A DNA stretch of 64,000 nucleotides from Lama guanicoe (lineage: Eukaryota), in assembly GCA_013239625.1 (NCBI GenBank), contig MU054187.1, forward strand, positions 7,598,358 to 7,662,357. The letters are read 5' to 3'. This document shows positions 24,590 through 37,665 of the stretch, piece by piece. Under the pieces are notes generated by a model. That model saw nothing but the letters and a program-made list of their open reading frames with translations. It was not told the origin of the DNA and did no database searches. Numbering within the stretch: the first letter of the stretch is position 1; every line of letters starts with the position of its first letter. Made by a program: the position numbers and the translations under genes.

Positions 24590-27010
24590 AGACATCATTT
24601 TTGATAATAATAAGATCATTTTCTTTAAAATCAGAAACAAGGTAAAGACGTTAGCTATCACTGATTCTGTTCAGCGTTGTATTGGAAGAGCTAGTCAGTG
24701 GTAGGCCGTACATGGATCCTGGACATGTGACAGAAGCAGATGTAGGAAAAATTTGGACCGTTAAATACATGATGTGAGACAATTACTCATTTGGAAAAAA
24801 TAATTTGAATTGCTGCCTCACACCTTACACTGAAATCAGTTCTAAGTGGATTAAAAATTTAATCTGAAAGGTGAAACTTTAAAACTTTAAGAAGAAAATA
24901 TTGGAGACATCTTTATGATTCTGGGGCAGAGAAATATTTCAGAAGCAGACAAATAGTACTAACCTCAAAAGAAAATAATCAGTAGTTTATTTGCATTAAA
25001 ATGACTGTTCATTAAAGACACCATTAAGAAAGTGATCTACTTTAGCAAAAATATCTGGAAGAAATAGAAAAATAAAGGAAAATACACTGATCTCACTTAC
25101 AAATATTGATATAAAAGTCTGATATGAAATATTAGCAAATAATAGAATCCAATAATATATTGTGAATGTCCATTATCACTCCTGTCATTTAAAACTTTTC
25201 CTGAAGTGCCAAACAGCACAATTTGAAGAGGTGAAAGAATCAGAAGAAAAAAAAATTGCAAATAAACAGGAGAAATTATAATTATTTACAGATGATATTG
25301 TATTTCTAGACAGTCTGAGTTAATCATCTAAAATTCAGTTAGAAAAAAATGAGGAAAATTATTAATGTGACTAGCTACCTCTTTAACAGAAAAATCAATA
25401 GAACCCAGCCACCAATTGAGACATATAAAGAAAACATTGCCCTCATAAAAACACGCACAAAGATAAGTACTTAGCCATAAGCTTAGCAAGAAATATGCTG
25501 GACCTATATAATTTTTAAAAAACTCTATTTAAGGATATAAATAAACACTTGAATAAAAGATAAGCTATAACTTTTTCTTGACTAAGAAGGCTTGGTATTC
25601 TAAAGATGTACATTTTTCCTAAATTAATTTATATATTTAGTAGAATCACATTAATAAAGCTTATTAATTTTGGATTATTTTTGGAACTAGCAAAGCTAGT
25701 TCTAACATTTATTAAAGAAACAAAAAAGAAACTAGGATTTTAAAATGAAAAATAAAAATTAAGTACTACATTAAATCTGCCAAATATAAGAATCTATTCA
25801 TACAATATGTTTTGTACTGGCATAGGGAATAATCAGACCCACAGGAACAGTACTGAGACCCTGAATAGATAAATACACAAGGTAATTTAAAATCTGATAC
25901 AACTGGGATTTCAATCAGTTGCCAACACGGGGAAAAAGTATGGATGTTTACTTTATTCTTATACTTAAAATGAATTCTAGACTTGTCTCAACAATTGAAA
26001 TGTTAAAATTAAACCTGTTTTCCTCCCTGCAACCTCTAAAACAATTCTGTAAAAACACTAGAAGAAAATGGAAACATGTTTTTTGTAATAATGGAATAGG
26101 AAAGGTTTTTCTTTCTAAAAATGATAAAAATGTAAATGCCATTAGTTTTAAAAAATAAAATAATAATTACATAAAATTAAAAACAGATTGGTTAAGCAAA
26201 TACTGTAAACAAAGTCAGGCTAGGAAATATATTTGTGAGATGTATGATACAGGACTTTTAAGTTTAAACTTCTTTAATATGTAATAAATCCTTCAAATCA
26301 ATAATAAAAATACTAATTTTAAAATAGGCAGAAATAGTTCATAGAGAGTAATATGGTTATCTTAGACATATGAAAGAGGCTCTACCTCAGTCTTAATAAA
26401 ATAAAACTAGGAGATGCTTTTTACATAAAGTTTGCAAGGACCACACATTTAATTGATACCACACTGTGTAGACAGAGGATGGGGTAATAATTACTCACAC
26501 ACTTTCAGTGGAACTATGAATTGATATAAGGATTTGCAAGGGTGATTTGGAATTATCCAAGTTTTAAATCTGTTTTTCACAAGCAAATTCCATTTCTAAG
26601 AATTTACTATACAAACATATTTTCGTGTGTTCCTGAGAATATGTGTATAAGTCAGTGGTAGTTCTGCAGTAACAAAGGACTGGGTACCATGTAATTGTTG
26701 ATCAGTACGTGACTAGTTCAACAGTATGATAAAGCCAGTTAAACCCAGATAAACTGTTAAGAGAGTGAGGTAGATTCAAATATGATGATGAAGAAAAATT
26801 CTCCAAGAAATATTATCATGTGAACAAAATGAGATGCAAAATAATGCATAAACTATATTATTTTATAAATACTGATACATACATTCAAATTTTTCTGAAA
26901 GGATGCACAAGAATCTATTACTAGTGATTGAGTCTACAGAAGGAGAAAGTGGATTGGAGAAGGAAAAATGGTTTATTTTTTATATTATCTTTAGTGCTTC
27001 TTAATCTTTT
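24590..27010 (+). mobile_element. Highly decayed old L1 (L1M) ORF2 / 3' UTR fragments
   Basis: A-rich region with L1 motifs such as aaatcagaaacaaggtaaag, cctcacaccttacac, ttatttacagatgatattg, aaattaatttatatatttag, caaattccatttctaagaattta. Confidence 0.7.
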
Positions 27011-27044
27011 AAAGAGTCATTTTTAACTAGTAAGGAATTTGTGA

Positions 27045-27320
27045 CACATTCTACACACGATTCCATTTATTAAAGTACGTGGAATAGTCAAATTCACAGA
27101 CAGAAAACAGAATGGGGGCTTCTAGGGGCTGGGGGAGGGAGGTGCTGGGAACTGTTTAATGGTTATAAAATTCCAGTTTTGACAGATGAAGAGAGTTCTG
27201 GAAATTAGTTTCATGATAATGTAAATGTACTTAATATTACTGAACTGTACACAGAGAAATGGTTAAGATGGTAAATTTTATGTTATGTGTATTTTATCAC
27301 AATTAAAAATCGAAAAAAAA
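27045..27320 (+). mobile_element. L1MB-type 3' end
   Basis: gattccatttat...caaattcacagacagaaaacagaatgg...ttactgaactgtacac...aatggttaagatggtaaattttatgttatgtgtattttatcacaattaaaaa. Confidence 0.8.
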
Positions 27321-27514
27321 AGGAGAAAAGAAAAAGAAATGCCCCTATCCTTTTGTGTTTTGGGGGTTACTACAAAGAACCCTCCTTCTTCATATGAGTT
27401 GGGTAAGCTAAGGGATGACCCTGTTTATCTATCACAAGGACAGACATAGATCTTCCAAATATCCATTCTTTACCTCATAAATGATTAGCTAAGTGTTTGT
27501 CCTCCCAGTCAATC

Positions 27515-27925
27515 TGGACAAAATACCTGCAACCTGACTTCACCAAGCTTTAGCCAGGCTTCTCCGCTCTCCACAAGCCCCTAGACCCTGGCTTGCCTTT
27601 GAGCTTAAACAAGCACTGAAACCATGGAGCAGTCCTTCCTTAACGAACAGTCCTGAAAACTGGCTGGCCACAAAGACTTCCGGCTCAATTCTCCAGTCTT
27701 GCCACCTGCTTATCCCACTTCCTGACACCTCGTTCTTTCTAGCCTTGTTTACTCCTCCTTGTAAAAGAAAAAACCCCATCTGCCTTAGCTTTGAGAAGCT
27801 TGTAGATCTGAAGGTTGACGCATTCTCCCTAATGCAGTTGCCCCCCAACCTTCCCCGCGCTCCCACTGCAATAGAATTTCTAATAGTCTTTCCTTATGTG
27901 AGTCCAGATATTTTTCACCTGATGC
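27515..27925 (+). mobile_element. ERV1-type LTR remnant (MER31/MER90-like)
   Basis: caccaagctttagccaggcttctcc... resembles a MER31-class LTR start; ctgcaatag and gtctttcctta near the 3' end. Confidence 0.45.
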
Positions 27926-28132
27926 TCTCAAAGTACGAAAATAATGTTTGTCCCATTTAACATGTGGAATATAGTGAAAAGATAGTTAATGTATTAGTTG
28001 CTTATGTACCAGAGGTAACACACGTATAACTGGAATATGTGAGTCTAATTGTGTAGTATATTTGGGTACATATTTAAATATGTGTATATATTTAAATGTG
28101 TTAGCTAAACATCATTACAATGTTGGCCTAGT

Positions 28133-28157
28133 GACACATATGACACTTCTCAGCTGT
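28133..28157 (+). repeat. 25-bp direct repeat, copy 1 (gacacatatgacacttctcagctgt)
   Basis: Identical to 29709-29733. Confidence 0.95.
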
Positions 28158-29099
28158 ATTTTATTTATAAATATGTTATTTGAAAAACTATTATTACTCT
28201 GTTTTACAGGATGTCAGGTCATACTTCTAAATTGGCAGTTTAATTCAGGAAAACAAATTGTGGATACTTATACACCTGCATAGAGGATAAAAAGTTATGC
28301 TCAGCTGGTTTGGTTACAGTGTCTTAAAGAAAAGCATCCTGATTGACTGTCATTATTTCAGTGGCTCCGCGGTGTCAGGCAGACAGAATGCACCAAAAAG
28401 CAGCTCTGTGAGTGGCCAAAGGATGCCAGACCTGCTCTCCGGGTTAGGACACAGCTCTCAGGTGCAGCAGCACGGTGGTGTTGCCAACTACACTGGTGCC
28501 TCATGCTTTTTGGAGCAGTAGCCGATTTGAATCATTGAACGAAAAAGAAAATCAATACATTTTCCTTTTGATAATGAAAGTTGAATGATCAAAGAGGAGG
28601 CTGGGACGAAGTAGGACTCTGGAAAGGAGGCTAGCCCAGGGGACCGTGTGGCTGTCACCTCTCCAGCATCAGGGGTTAATGCGGGTGAGAGCACCTGGTC
28701 ATCACATGGTTTTGGCTGCCCCTTCTGTCAAATAAAACACAAATATAGGATGCTGTCTAGGATATTCCACCAATAAGATCCATAAAGTTAGATTCCAAAA
28801 TTGTGTACAATTTTCAAAACTATTATCCCTCCCTGCCCACTGCCCGATCCCCGCCCCTAGGTTTTTCCGGGGCCTAAAAAAGGCACAGTAATGGTATATT
28901 CCTATTTCCAAATAAACTTACTCCTTTACATCTGACAAAAGTCCAGCAGAAAAGTCCAAGCAGTGTCCTGCTTGCATAAGTCACCTTAACGACCCCAGGG
29001 CGGGGTTCAGAAGCCTCATTTCCGGCCATGGCAGGTGGGCTGGGGGGGGGTGGCTCGTGGAATCTGTTCATTTTTTCCAGGAGACCCTTTCTGTTCTTG

Positions 29100-29600
29100 C
29101 GTCTGACTCAGTGTGTCGTGATAAATAATGCAGCGCCTTCCCCACAGTTGCCTTAGCCATACGAGCAGTACATTTTAAAAAGAGAACAAGCAGACACAGA
29201 AATGGAAATTAACCCCAGGCCTGCCAGCCCCCGTCAGGCATAATGGCGTCACGTAATTCCAGGGTTAAACAGAAGTAGGTGCCTTTCTTGCTGAGTTGGG
29301 CTCTTTGTCCTTGCTTTAGTGTGTCATTGTAGCGACTGTCATGTAAGGTTAATGACAGCCCCTCATTACCCTTGTCAAATATGTAATAATGTGGCCCAAC
29401 ACCGGGGCTGAATGGCTGCTGCTTGTCAGACCCCTATGTTTTGCCTAGCAGATGGTCACTGTGTTTGGAGGGGCCCGCGCTCGGATCCGTCACACGGATA
29501 CCCTGAACACGTGTGTGTGCGGGCAGCATTTTCCCCTGGTGGGACAGTGTGTGGCTAGAATGCTAATTGGGCCCAGCAGGACGACGGCAGACTTCGCCCT
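29100..29600. promoter_or_regulatory. Putative enhancer-like element
   Basis: No recognisable TE; AP-1 TGACTCA (29104), inverted CTGTCA/TGACAG TALE sites (29336, 29353), several TAAT/ATTA cores, E-box CAGATG (29449). Motif evidence only. Confidence 0.4.
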
Positions 29601-29708
29601 CCTCCTCCCCCAAATCCCTGGTAGATTTCTGTGAGACTCCGGGGGGTGGGGCTGGGGGGAGAGGGGAGACAGGACCTTTCTTGCCTCTCTCCTTCTATTA
29701 TTTCCGGC

Positions 29709-29733
29709 GACACATATGACACTTCTCAGCTGT
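29709..29733 (+). repeat. 25-bp direct repeat, copy 2
   Basis: Identical to 28133-28157. Confidence 0.95.
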
Positions 29734-31849
29734 GATCTGCACCCGTTTCCCAACCCTTTATTTGGATCACTTCGGATGCAGCACCCATGAAATTTTGACA
29801 CATTCTATTCTTGGAGACGTGGAAACAAAGCTGGGGGGAGCATCGGTGGGGAAAGTGGGCAGGCGGCAGGGTTTACTGGAAAAAAGCTACGGTCCGGGTG
29901 GCAGGAAACGAGAATTCTGGCCTGCGACCTTGAGCAAAGGCACAGCCCAGCCTCCATCGACTCCCCCAGGGAGGTCATGGTGTGCAGGAGGTGAGAGACA
30001 CAGACGTGGGGCCGGACACAGGGTGGGGAAGGAACTGTCTGTCCTGTCCCGGAGCTTCTCCAACGGGCCTTTGCTTTTCTCATCCTCAGTGGTTTGTCAC
30101 ATGATGTTACTTCCTTTCTCAGAAATCAACAGTGGCTCCCAACTGCTTCGAAAACCAACTTGAAGCCTAAATCACATCTGCAGAGACAAGCCACTCTTCT
30201 TCCCTTACGAATCCGTCCCCACAGTTCCTCAGGCTGCACACATCTCTTCAGACATAAATCTCTCCACTTTCTTCCTGTGCATGAGTTTTCTTGCAAGTCT
30301 TTCCTCGTGCATAACTGCCCGCCCCAAACTCTCCGATCCTCCCTCTGAATCAGCTCTTCTTCTTCCAAAACATGATGTAGAGACCTCCACTCACCCTACA
30401 GCCCTCTGACGACCCCAGCTTCTCTAAATATTCCCAATAAATAAGGAATTTCTTTGTTAGTATACATTCCAACCAATAGAATTTTAATGCTATGAGAACT
30501 TAGAAATCATTCCATACAACCATCATTTTGAAGAGGAAATAGTCAAGCGGCGTCGGTCAAGACCAAGTTCAAAGACCTAATGTGGTAGCAAGATCTTTCA
30601 GTTCTGAGTTTTGTCTTTTTTTTTTCTCTTTTTTCCACACAGTAGCTGATGGCCACTCCCTTTATTTCATGATTTAAGAGCTTGTTATTATTTGCTTCCT
30701 CCTGCAGAAGAAGGCACACTCATCGAGGGGAGATTCAGCCAGTCTCCCTTCGTGGTTCTGGTAGAACCTGGATGGTTCTGTGGGCACAGGGACACATGGC
30801 TGCAGCTCACACTGCTGACGCCAATCCCTTGTGTAATCTCCACATTTGACACTTTGCCAAAATATCTGTTGGCACTAATCTCTTGGTACTAACCTAACAA
30901 GCGACATTTTGTTTTATCTTCTGAGTGACCCATCCCTGAGGCTAGAGAGTCATTGTGAAGCAATCTTCATAAACAAAATGTCGTGTTCACTTTTATGGGA
31001 CAGAGAAGCCTACAGCCTAAGACGGGGGAGACGCCGTCTGCATTGTACTCCCTCGGGGGTGGAGAAAACCCGCTTCTGATGATTTGGGAAGTGACGCTGA
31101 AATAAATCAGAAGAATCGCACCCCGCATTTCCAGGATGGAAAAGGAAATAAATCCTCCGGTGTTTCTAACCAAGTCTCTCTGGAGGAAGATACTATTTCA
31201 AATGATTTTAGATTTGGTGTTTGCTGAGTGTCTTTTTCCTCCCTTTCCTCAAATATGTGGAAATGTCTGCTTAAGTGTTGAATAACTTTGCTTCTTAAAT
31301 CAGATCTTACGTGGCCACAGGCTACTTCTGTTTTCTTTGCTTCTAGATACTCTTCCCTCAAAAGTTGTTCTCATATTGTGTTATTTAGTTGCATTCTTGC
31401 CCCAAATTGTGCAGTGCTCTGTCCAAACTCCATACCGTTTCTAAACCATAGGATTATTTCCTCTGAATATCATCAAAGTTCTGCTTTGTAATTACCACTT
31501 AGCAATGATTTCTTAGTCTCTGAAAAACATGTACCGAACACCTGGTAGTTCCAGTATGATTCTAAAATGTGAAAAGAAATAAGATAAAATCCTTGGTCTT
31601 CCAACACTCACGCTCTGGTGGTAAAGGAGTTATAAAACAGATAAACCTTATCATTCAAAAGTATCTTTTTCCTTCTCTGTACTTCCTCTGATTTAATCCA
31701 ATCCTCTCTCCCACCCCGTCCCCAGGTCTCACCAGCTCCCTCAGCAGTTCTTGTCCGCACTCAGTCCAAACTCTTCTCTGAATGCTGCCTCCACTCCTGA
31801 ATCCTTAATTGGTACCCAGCTGCTTCATAAGGTCATGGTTTTCTTGCAA

Positions 31850-33230
31850 GAGTTTCACTGCTTATTTTCTCCAATCACAGGAACTCAGGGCTGAGGTTTG
31901 GAGTCAGAGTCCTCCTTGCTCTACATTGCCAATTCTGGTCATTATTTCTGCTCCACCTTATAAAAATCCAACTGCATCCTATTACTTTGAACCTTATACC
32001 ATCTGGTAAAGCCACCTGTCTCTTCTCAGTGTGTGGTCAGCCAATAATCTCTTGGTAACCAATTTCTTGTTTCTCATGAGCTCTGGATCACACAAACACA
32101 CAGGGCTGACCTCTCCCCCATGCCTGACGCTCGGTTTCTTGACCACTGATCTTTGGTGACTCCTTCCTGCTTCCCACTGCCCTGCCACAGTCACATGCTG
32201 GATGCTGCCATCATCAGAGAGGGCACTACGTTTAAAATAACAGAATGAAATGGCCCATTTTCTCCCATCAACTTCCTCCTAATTCACTTGTTGAAAAACA
32301 CCCTGGCAGCATCCTTCCAGAGATTTCTCCCATTTATTTTCCTCCCCGTATTCTCCTTGCCTTCTGATCCAGGGGGATTCAGTGGTAAATCATTATAATC
32401 ATTCCCTGCAAAAGCCCTCAAATGCCTTGCCCCAGTTTTCATCCACCATATTTTCCATCCACGATATTTCTTGGCAAAAATCCCAACCCGGGATAAATCC
32501 AACCATCTGTCTCCCCTGTGGCTACATCTGAGCAGTTGATTGTCGCTGGTGAAAATGATAAACTGGGCGGACAAGTTTTCCTTCAGACGTATCAATACCA
32601 TTTCAGATGAGTGTTTAACATGGCCCAGAAATCGATATTTCTCTAGGAAGCTTGCCCTAAGAGACCACTCTCTTATCTCTTCCTCTCCCTTCAATCCGGC
32701 CTCCATTTCCTCCGTCCAAATCTTTCTTATCCAGTTCACCTGCTCCCTCTCTGAATTCCTCCACTTCATTGTTCGCACAGCATCCAGAGTGAGTTTTTAA
32801 AAATGCAAAATGGATTATGTTTGTCTCCTACTGAATCCCCTAAAATGACGTCCCCTGTATTGGAACACAGTGCAGACTCCTCCACGAGCCCTGGCTGCAG
32901 CGTCCATGCCTAGCTGTGTTTCTGACATCCCAGGCACTCTCACGCCAGATCTGCTGCTGCTGCCAGTCCCTGATCACACCAACCCCTGTGCCCTGCTTGG
33001 CTGCCACACTTGCTGCTTTCCCTTCCCTTGTCTAACTCCCTTTGTGTCTCAGGTTACATGTCCCATTCTCAGAAGAGTGTTCCCTGGACCCTCCTTTCCA
33101 AACCCTTTCCCCTCAGCTTCTCCTATGCACACAGCTCTTCCAGATCCACACAGCATCACCATGACTTACAACCTCTGTTTTACATATGTGATTCATTGTT
33201 TCATGTCTAGACTTTCCACTTGACCCTCTT
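31850..33230 (+). mobile_element. L2 LINE fragments
   Basis: Pyrimidine-rich L2 motifs, e.g. cacagcatccagagtgagtttttaaaaatgcaaaatggattatgt; the L2 3' end resumes at ~33810-33900 after an L1 insertion. Confidence 0.7.
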
Positions 33231-33240
33231 AAAGAAGAAA

Positions 33241-33797
33241 TCCTGAAACAACCTAAATGTCCATCAACAGATGACTGGATAAAGAAGCTGTGGTATACAT
33301 ATACAATGGAATACTACTCAGCCATAAAAAAGACTAAAATAATGCCATTTGCTGCAACATGGATGGACCTGGAGGCTGTCATTCTAAGTGAAGTAAGCCA
33401 GAAAGAGAAAGAGAAATACCATATGATATCACTTATATGTGGAATCTAAAAAAAAAAAAGAAAGACAAATGAACTTATTTACAAAACAGAAACAGACTCA
33501 CAGACATAGAAAACAAACTTATGGTCACCGGCAAGGGAAGGGCGTGGGAAGGAATAATTTGGGAGTCTGAGATTTGCAGATCCAAACTACTATATATAAA
33601 ATAGCTAAACAACAAGTTTCTACTGTTTAGCACAGGGAACTATATTCAGTATCTTGCAATAACATATAATGAAAAAGAATATGAAAATGAATATATGTCT
33701 TTATATGTATGACAGCAATTATGCTGTACATCAGAAATTGACACATTATAAACTGACTATACTTCAATAAAAACTAAAATAATAAAAAAAAGAATTT
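33241..33797 (+). mobile_element. L1 3' end inserted in L2
   Basis: aaacaacctaaatgtccatcaacagatgactggataaagaag...atggaatactactcagccataaaaaag...actatacttcaataaaa plus A tail; TSD-like aaagaagaaa / aaagaaaaaa. Confidence 0.92.
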
Positions 33798-33966
33798 AGA
33801 AAGAAAAAAGATCTGATCTGTTTTATTCATGGCTGTCTACTTAAAATGTTATAGAATCATTGCTGCATAGCAAGAACTCAAGAAATACGAGCTGCATGAG
33901 AAGTGGGAGGAAGGAATTACTATTCAGAGAGGGTTTTGCCTGAGAAAGTTGGGGAAAATGTTTTCC

Positions 33967-34453
33967 TGCAGCAGAATAATGGCCCTTTTGAAGATGCGCT
34001 AATCCCTGGAAGCCGTGGACGTGTTAGGTCACATCAGAGGGAGTTATGTTTACTAATCAGCTGACCTTGCGGGGCAGAGATCGTCCTGGACTCTCGAGAT
34101 GAATCTAAGGCGACCTCAAGGGTCTTTGAATGTGGAAGAAGGAGGCAGGAGAGTCAGTGTCAGAGCAGTGTGACGTGAGAGAGACTTGAACTTGTTGCTG
34201 GCTTCGAAGGTGGAAAGGCGACCATGAGCCAAGGACTCTAGGCAGCTTCCGGAATCTGGAAAAGGCAGGGAAATGGAGTGGCACAGAGAACCTCCAGAAA
34301 GGAACACAGCCCTGCTGAGAACTTGGTTTTAGCCCAGTGACACCCATTTCAAGCTTTCGGCCTCCAGGACAAACGGCAAGGTCACACATCTGGGTTTTTC
34401 CAAGTTGCTGAGTTTGTGGCAATTTGTAATAGCAGCATTAAGAAGTAAATACA
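33967..34453 (+). mobile_element. MaLR solo LTR (MLT1D-like)
   Basis: cagaataatggccc...ctggaaaaggcagggaaatgga...cctccagaaaggaacacagccctgctga...tttgtggcaatttgtaatagcagca...aataca. Confidence 0.85.
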
Positions 34454-34727
34454 GAAATGAAGTTATGGGGTGTGAACGGAGTCAGAGCAAGAGCCCTGTC
34501 ACAGAGCTTACAGCCCGGCCACGTACCTCAGGGAGTGAGGGGACACAGATCCCCCGCGGTCGGTTGGAGGGGAGGCACCTGCGCTGGAGGCGTAGGGACC
34601 ACATGGAGACTCCTGAAATACTCCACACCGAGTCATTAGGAACACCTGAAAGACGGCCCTAGAAGCATGTTTCAGTCATCTACCATTATTTAGCTTTTAA
34701 ATGTTCATAAATGTATGTTTTATTGCT

Positions 34728-34814
34728 TTTTTTTTTAAATGGAGGCACTGCGGATTGATCCCAGTGCATGTTAAACACACAGTCCACTACTAAGCTATAC
34801 CCCCACCCCCACCC
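34728..34814 (-). mobile_element. tRNA-derived SINE (Vic-1-like, internally deleted)
   Basis: T tail, aatggaggcactgcggattgatcccag...ctactaagctataccccc; degenerate TSD tgttttattgctt / tgtttcatttctt. Confidence 0.75.
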
Positions 34815-36029
34815 TGTTTCATTTCTTAATCTAGAATGAAAGTTCTAGCTGAAATACAGTGGCTTTTAAAAATACTGGTTTGTGTCTTTCTTATTCCCGG
34901 TCGTAGCTGCTCAGTACACGTGTCCTGATCTCACGGAGGATTACGACCTGGCAGCTGTCCTCACTTCTCCGGATCTGTGTCAGTTTCTTAGACGAAACAG
35001 GAAAGATACGAGGGATTCCAGTTATCCATCCTGGCTGGCTTCATCTTCCGGGACCACGATGTTTCTCTTCTGTAAAACAGGCATTAAAGTAATTCCGACC
35101 CTCCAAGTTTCAAAAAGGAGTAAGAGAAACTTGGAAAGAACATCAGTTATTGGGAGAGGTAGGTCTCATTCTCAGGCACTGAATTCAAAGTGGCGTCCTC
35201 AAACCTCTGCCGAACAGACAGCATCTGCCTGCCTCACCTGGGCTCAGCTGAAATCACAGGCACCTTCACTCTCGCCTGCTTTTGAAGCGAATGTGAGCAG
35301 AGGATTAGAAAACGTCATGTGGTGGTTTCGTTTGTGACTTTTCTAAACTACTTCAAAAAAGACACACACACACACACAACAACAACAACAACAGAACAGC
35401 TGTGGAATGAGCCAGTTCAGCAATCTATTTCTTGCTGGCCATTCTGCTCCACTATCTGTGTGTCCCTCTGCGAAGGAATCCTGGGGAATAGACGGTAGGA
35501 CATCACAGGCAAATTCTAGAACTTCTCAGGGCTGGGAGTAGGCGGGCAAAGCACAATACAAACTATAAAATGTGGAGCCAGCTGCACCCTTGGGGTTGAT
35601 CAGAGGAAGCTAGCCTTCCTCCTCAGAGACGGAAGCGTTGGAAATTGTTTCCATTCTGTACAAACCCTTCGCCTGGAATGAGAGGAAGAACACACTCTAA
35701 TGCAGCCACAGGCCTCCTTAGAAACATGAAGACACACATTCATGCATACGTGTGCATGACAGAGCAATCAAGCATTATTTGTTAGCGTGTCATTAAATGA
35801 TCCAGGATCTTTGCCGTCAGTTTTCTAGGTCGCAACACTGTCTTTTGTGAGCAAACAGCATGACTCTCGTGTTTTCTCTGACTCCCAGGTCCTGCAGTGG
35901 CCTTCCTGCAGCATTAGGGCACACCTCGCCTGCGGGGGGCGGATCAGCTGGCGAACCTACGACCTCCTGTTGGCTCATGCTGACTCTTCTCTAGAAGGAA
36001 AGGCATCCATGGTGCTTCCTGTCCAGAGT

Positions 36030-36600
36030 AGAGGGAGTTAGCTTTTAAAACGCAGACCCCTGTGTCAAGTGCTCCCGAATTCGCCCAGAAAAGACCAACT
36101 TCTTCTTAATGGCTCTCTCTATTTGGGGCCTGACATTTGTTTGTCTTATTTGCCTTCTTCCTTTTTGCCCCATATTCCAGCAAAGATCCCACGTTCCAGC
36201 CTCTCTGTTCTACTGCGTTTTCGGGACACAAGCTGTCCTTCCACGTGTCCAGGCTCATTTTCGTACTTCTCTTGTTCCTGGACCCAGCATCCTTTTCCTA
36301 TTCCTTTTCCCACTGGAGAAACCGACTCAGTCTTCAAGCCCCCGCTGAGATGCCAGCACTTCTGGGAAGGCAGAAATGTGGTTTCCTGCCCCATTCTCAC
36401 TGATCCAGGCAGATTAACTTCCTATCATCTCTGAGCCTTTGTACTTCATTTACACTTTTATTTTTAGAGCTGACTCCGCATTGACTTGTGTAACTTGTGT
36501 TATTGTCCATCTCTCCCACTAGAGTCCATGAGTCCCCTGGGATTTGGAGTTCTATCAGCTTCATTTTGCATACTCTGTAGAGACTAAATTGGTCACCAGA
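36030..36600 (+). mobile_element. L2 fragment
   Basis: gcttttaaaacgcagaccc...tgtccatctctcccactagagtccatgag, L2 3'-region motifs. Confidence 0.5.
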
Positions 36601-37414
36601 CACATTGTCACCGTTCCACCACTATACGGGGCACTGCAGTGAACCCAAGTCAATTCCTGCACCCATCAGGTCAACCCTCTCCTCTCCTCCAAGCATCTCT
36701 CTTTGGAAGGTGTTTCTCAAAGGCAAGGCAGGTGTGGCCTCCTTGCAGGAAACCATCATGCGGAAAGCACTCAGGTAGGGGTGAGGCAGGGCTCACCTGA
36801 AACCTGGACGTAAGGGGCTTCTGGTGCACTGACTTCTCAGTTGTCCCCATGCTGCTTGAAGAAAGGACAATGCCACATCCCTTCCGATAAGACAGATGGC
36901 AGCATCTGCCAAAAGCAGAAACTGCAAAAGCATCGCTTCTATTCTTCCTCAATGAAGGGATATCAGCTTTCGAATTTACAAATTGATGTCAAGTTAGTTT
37001 CCAGCCTCACTTCAGAGGCATTTGTTCTCATTCTCTGTCTACTATCTGGAGAGCAGGAAACGTTTTGTCAAAGTCGTGTGTGTGTGTTCGTTTTTGTCTT
37101 CCGCTTAAGGAGAGAAGCATTTACCAATTTGGAGACGAGGGTTAAAAAGAGCCAGATAATAACAACAAGGAACAATTGCATAGCAATTTGCAGCCTACAG
37201 GCCCTTCAATCTGCTATTTCCTTTAACCCTCAAGACAATCTTGCAAGGCTGGTATTAATGCCCCCACTTTGCAGAGGAGGAAACTCGGGCTAATGATGTT
37301 TAAGTGAATTGTCTGAGGTTGTATAAAAGCCCCAAGACTGACAGAACGCTATTTATTCAGAGTACCATAGCGTGCGTTGAACTCCAGGATGATTATACTG
37401 GAATTTTCACTATA

Positions 37415-37665
37415 ATAATATGCAACCCTTACTGATGGCTTACAATGGAGCTGACACTGTTTTAAGCGCTTTACATGTATTAACTTATTTAATCCTCAAG
37501 CCACCGCACGAGGTAGGAACGATTATTATTACCCTCATTTTACAGATGGGAAAACTGAATTCCAGAGAGGTTAATTATCCCAGTCTTGCTCACAAACTGA
37601 TAAATGACAGAGTGGAAATGTGAGCCGAGGCAATCTGGCTCCCAAGTCCAGGTTCATAACCGCTG
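37415..37665 (-). mobile_element. MIR SINE
   Basis: cactgttttaagcgctttacatgtattaacttatttaatcctca...attattaccctcattttacagatgggaaaactga; another MIR fragment lies at ~37170-37330. Confidence 0.85.

Noticed and set aside
32284..32778. Longest ORF (164 aa, minus strand)
   Set aside because: It lies antisense within a decayed L2 and has no recognisable domain.
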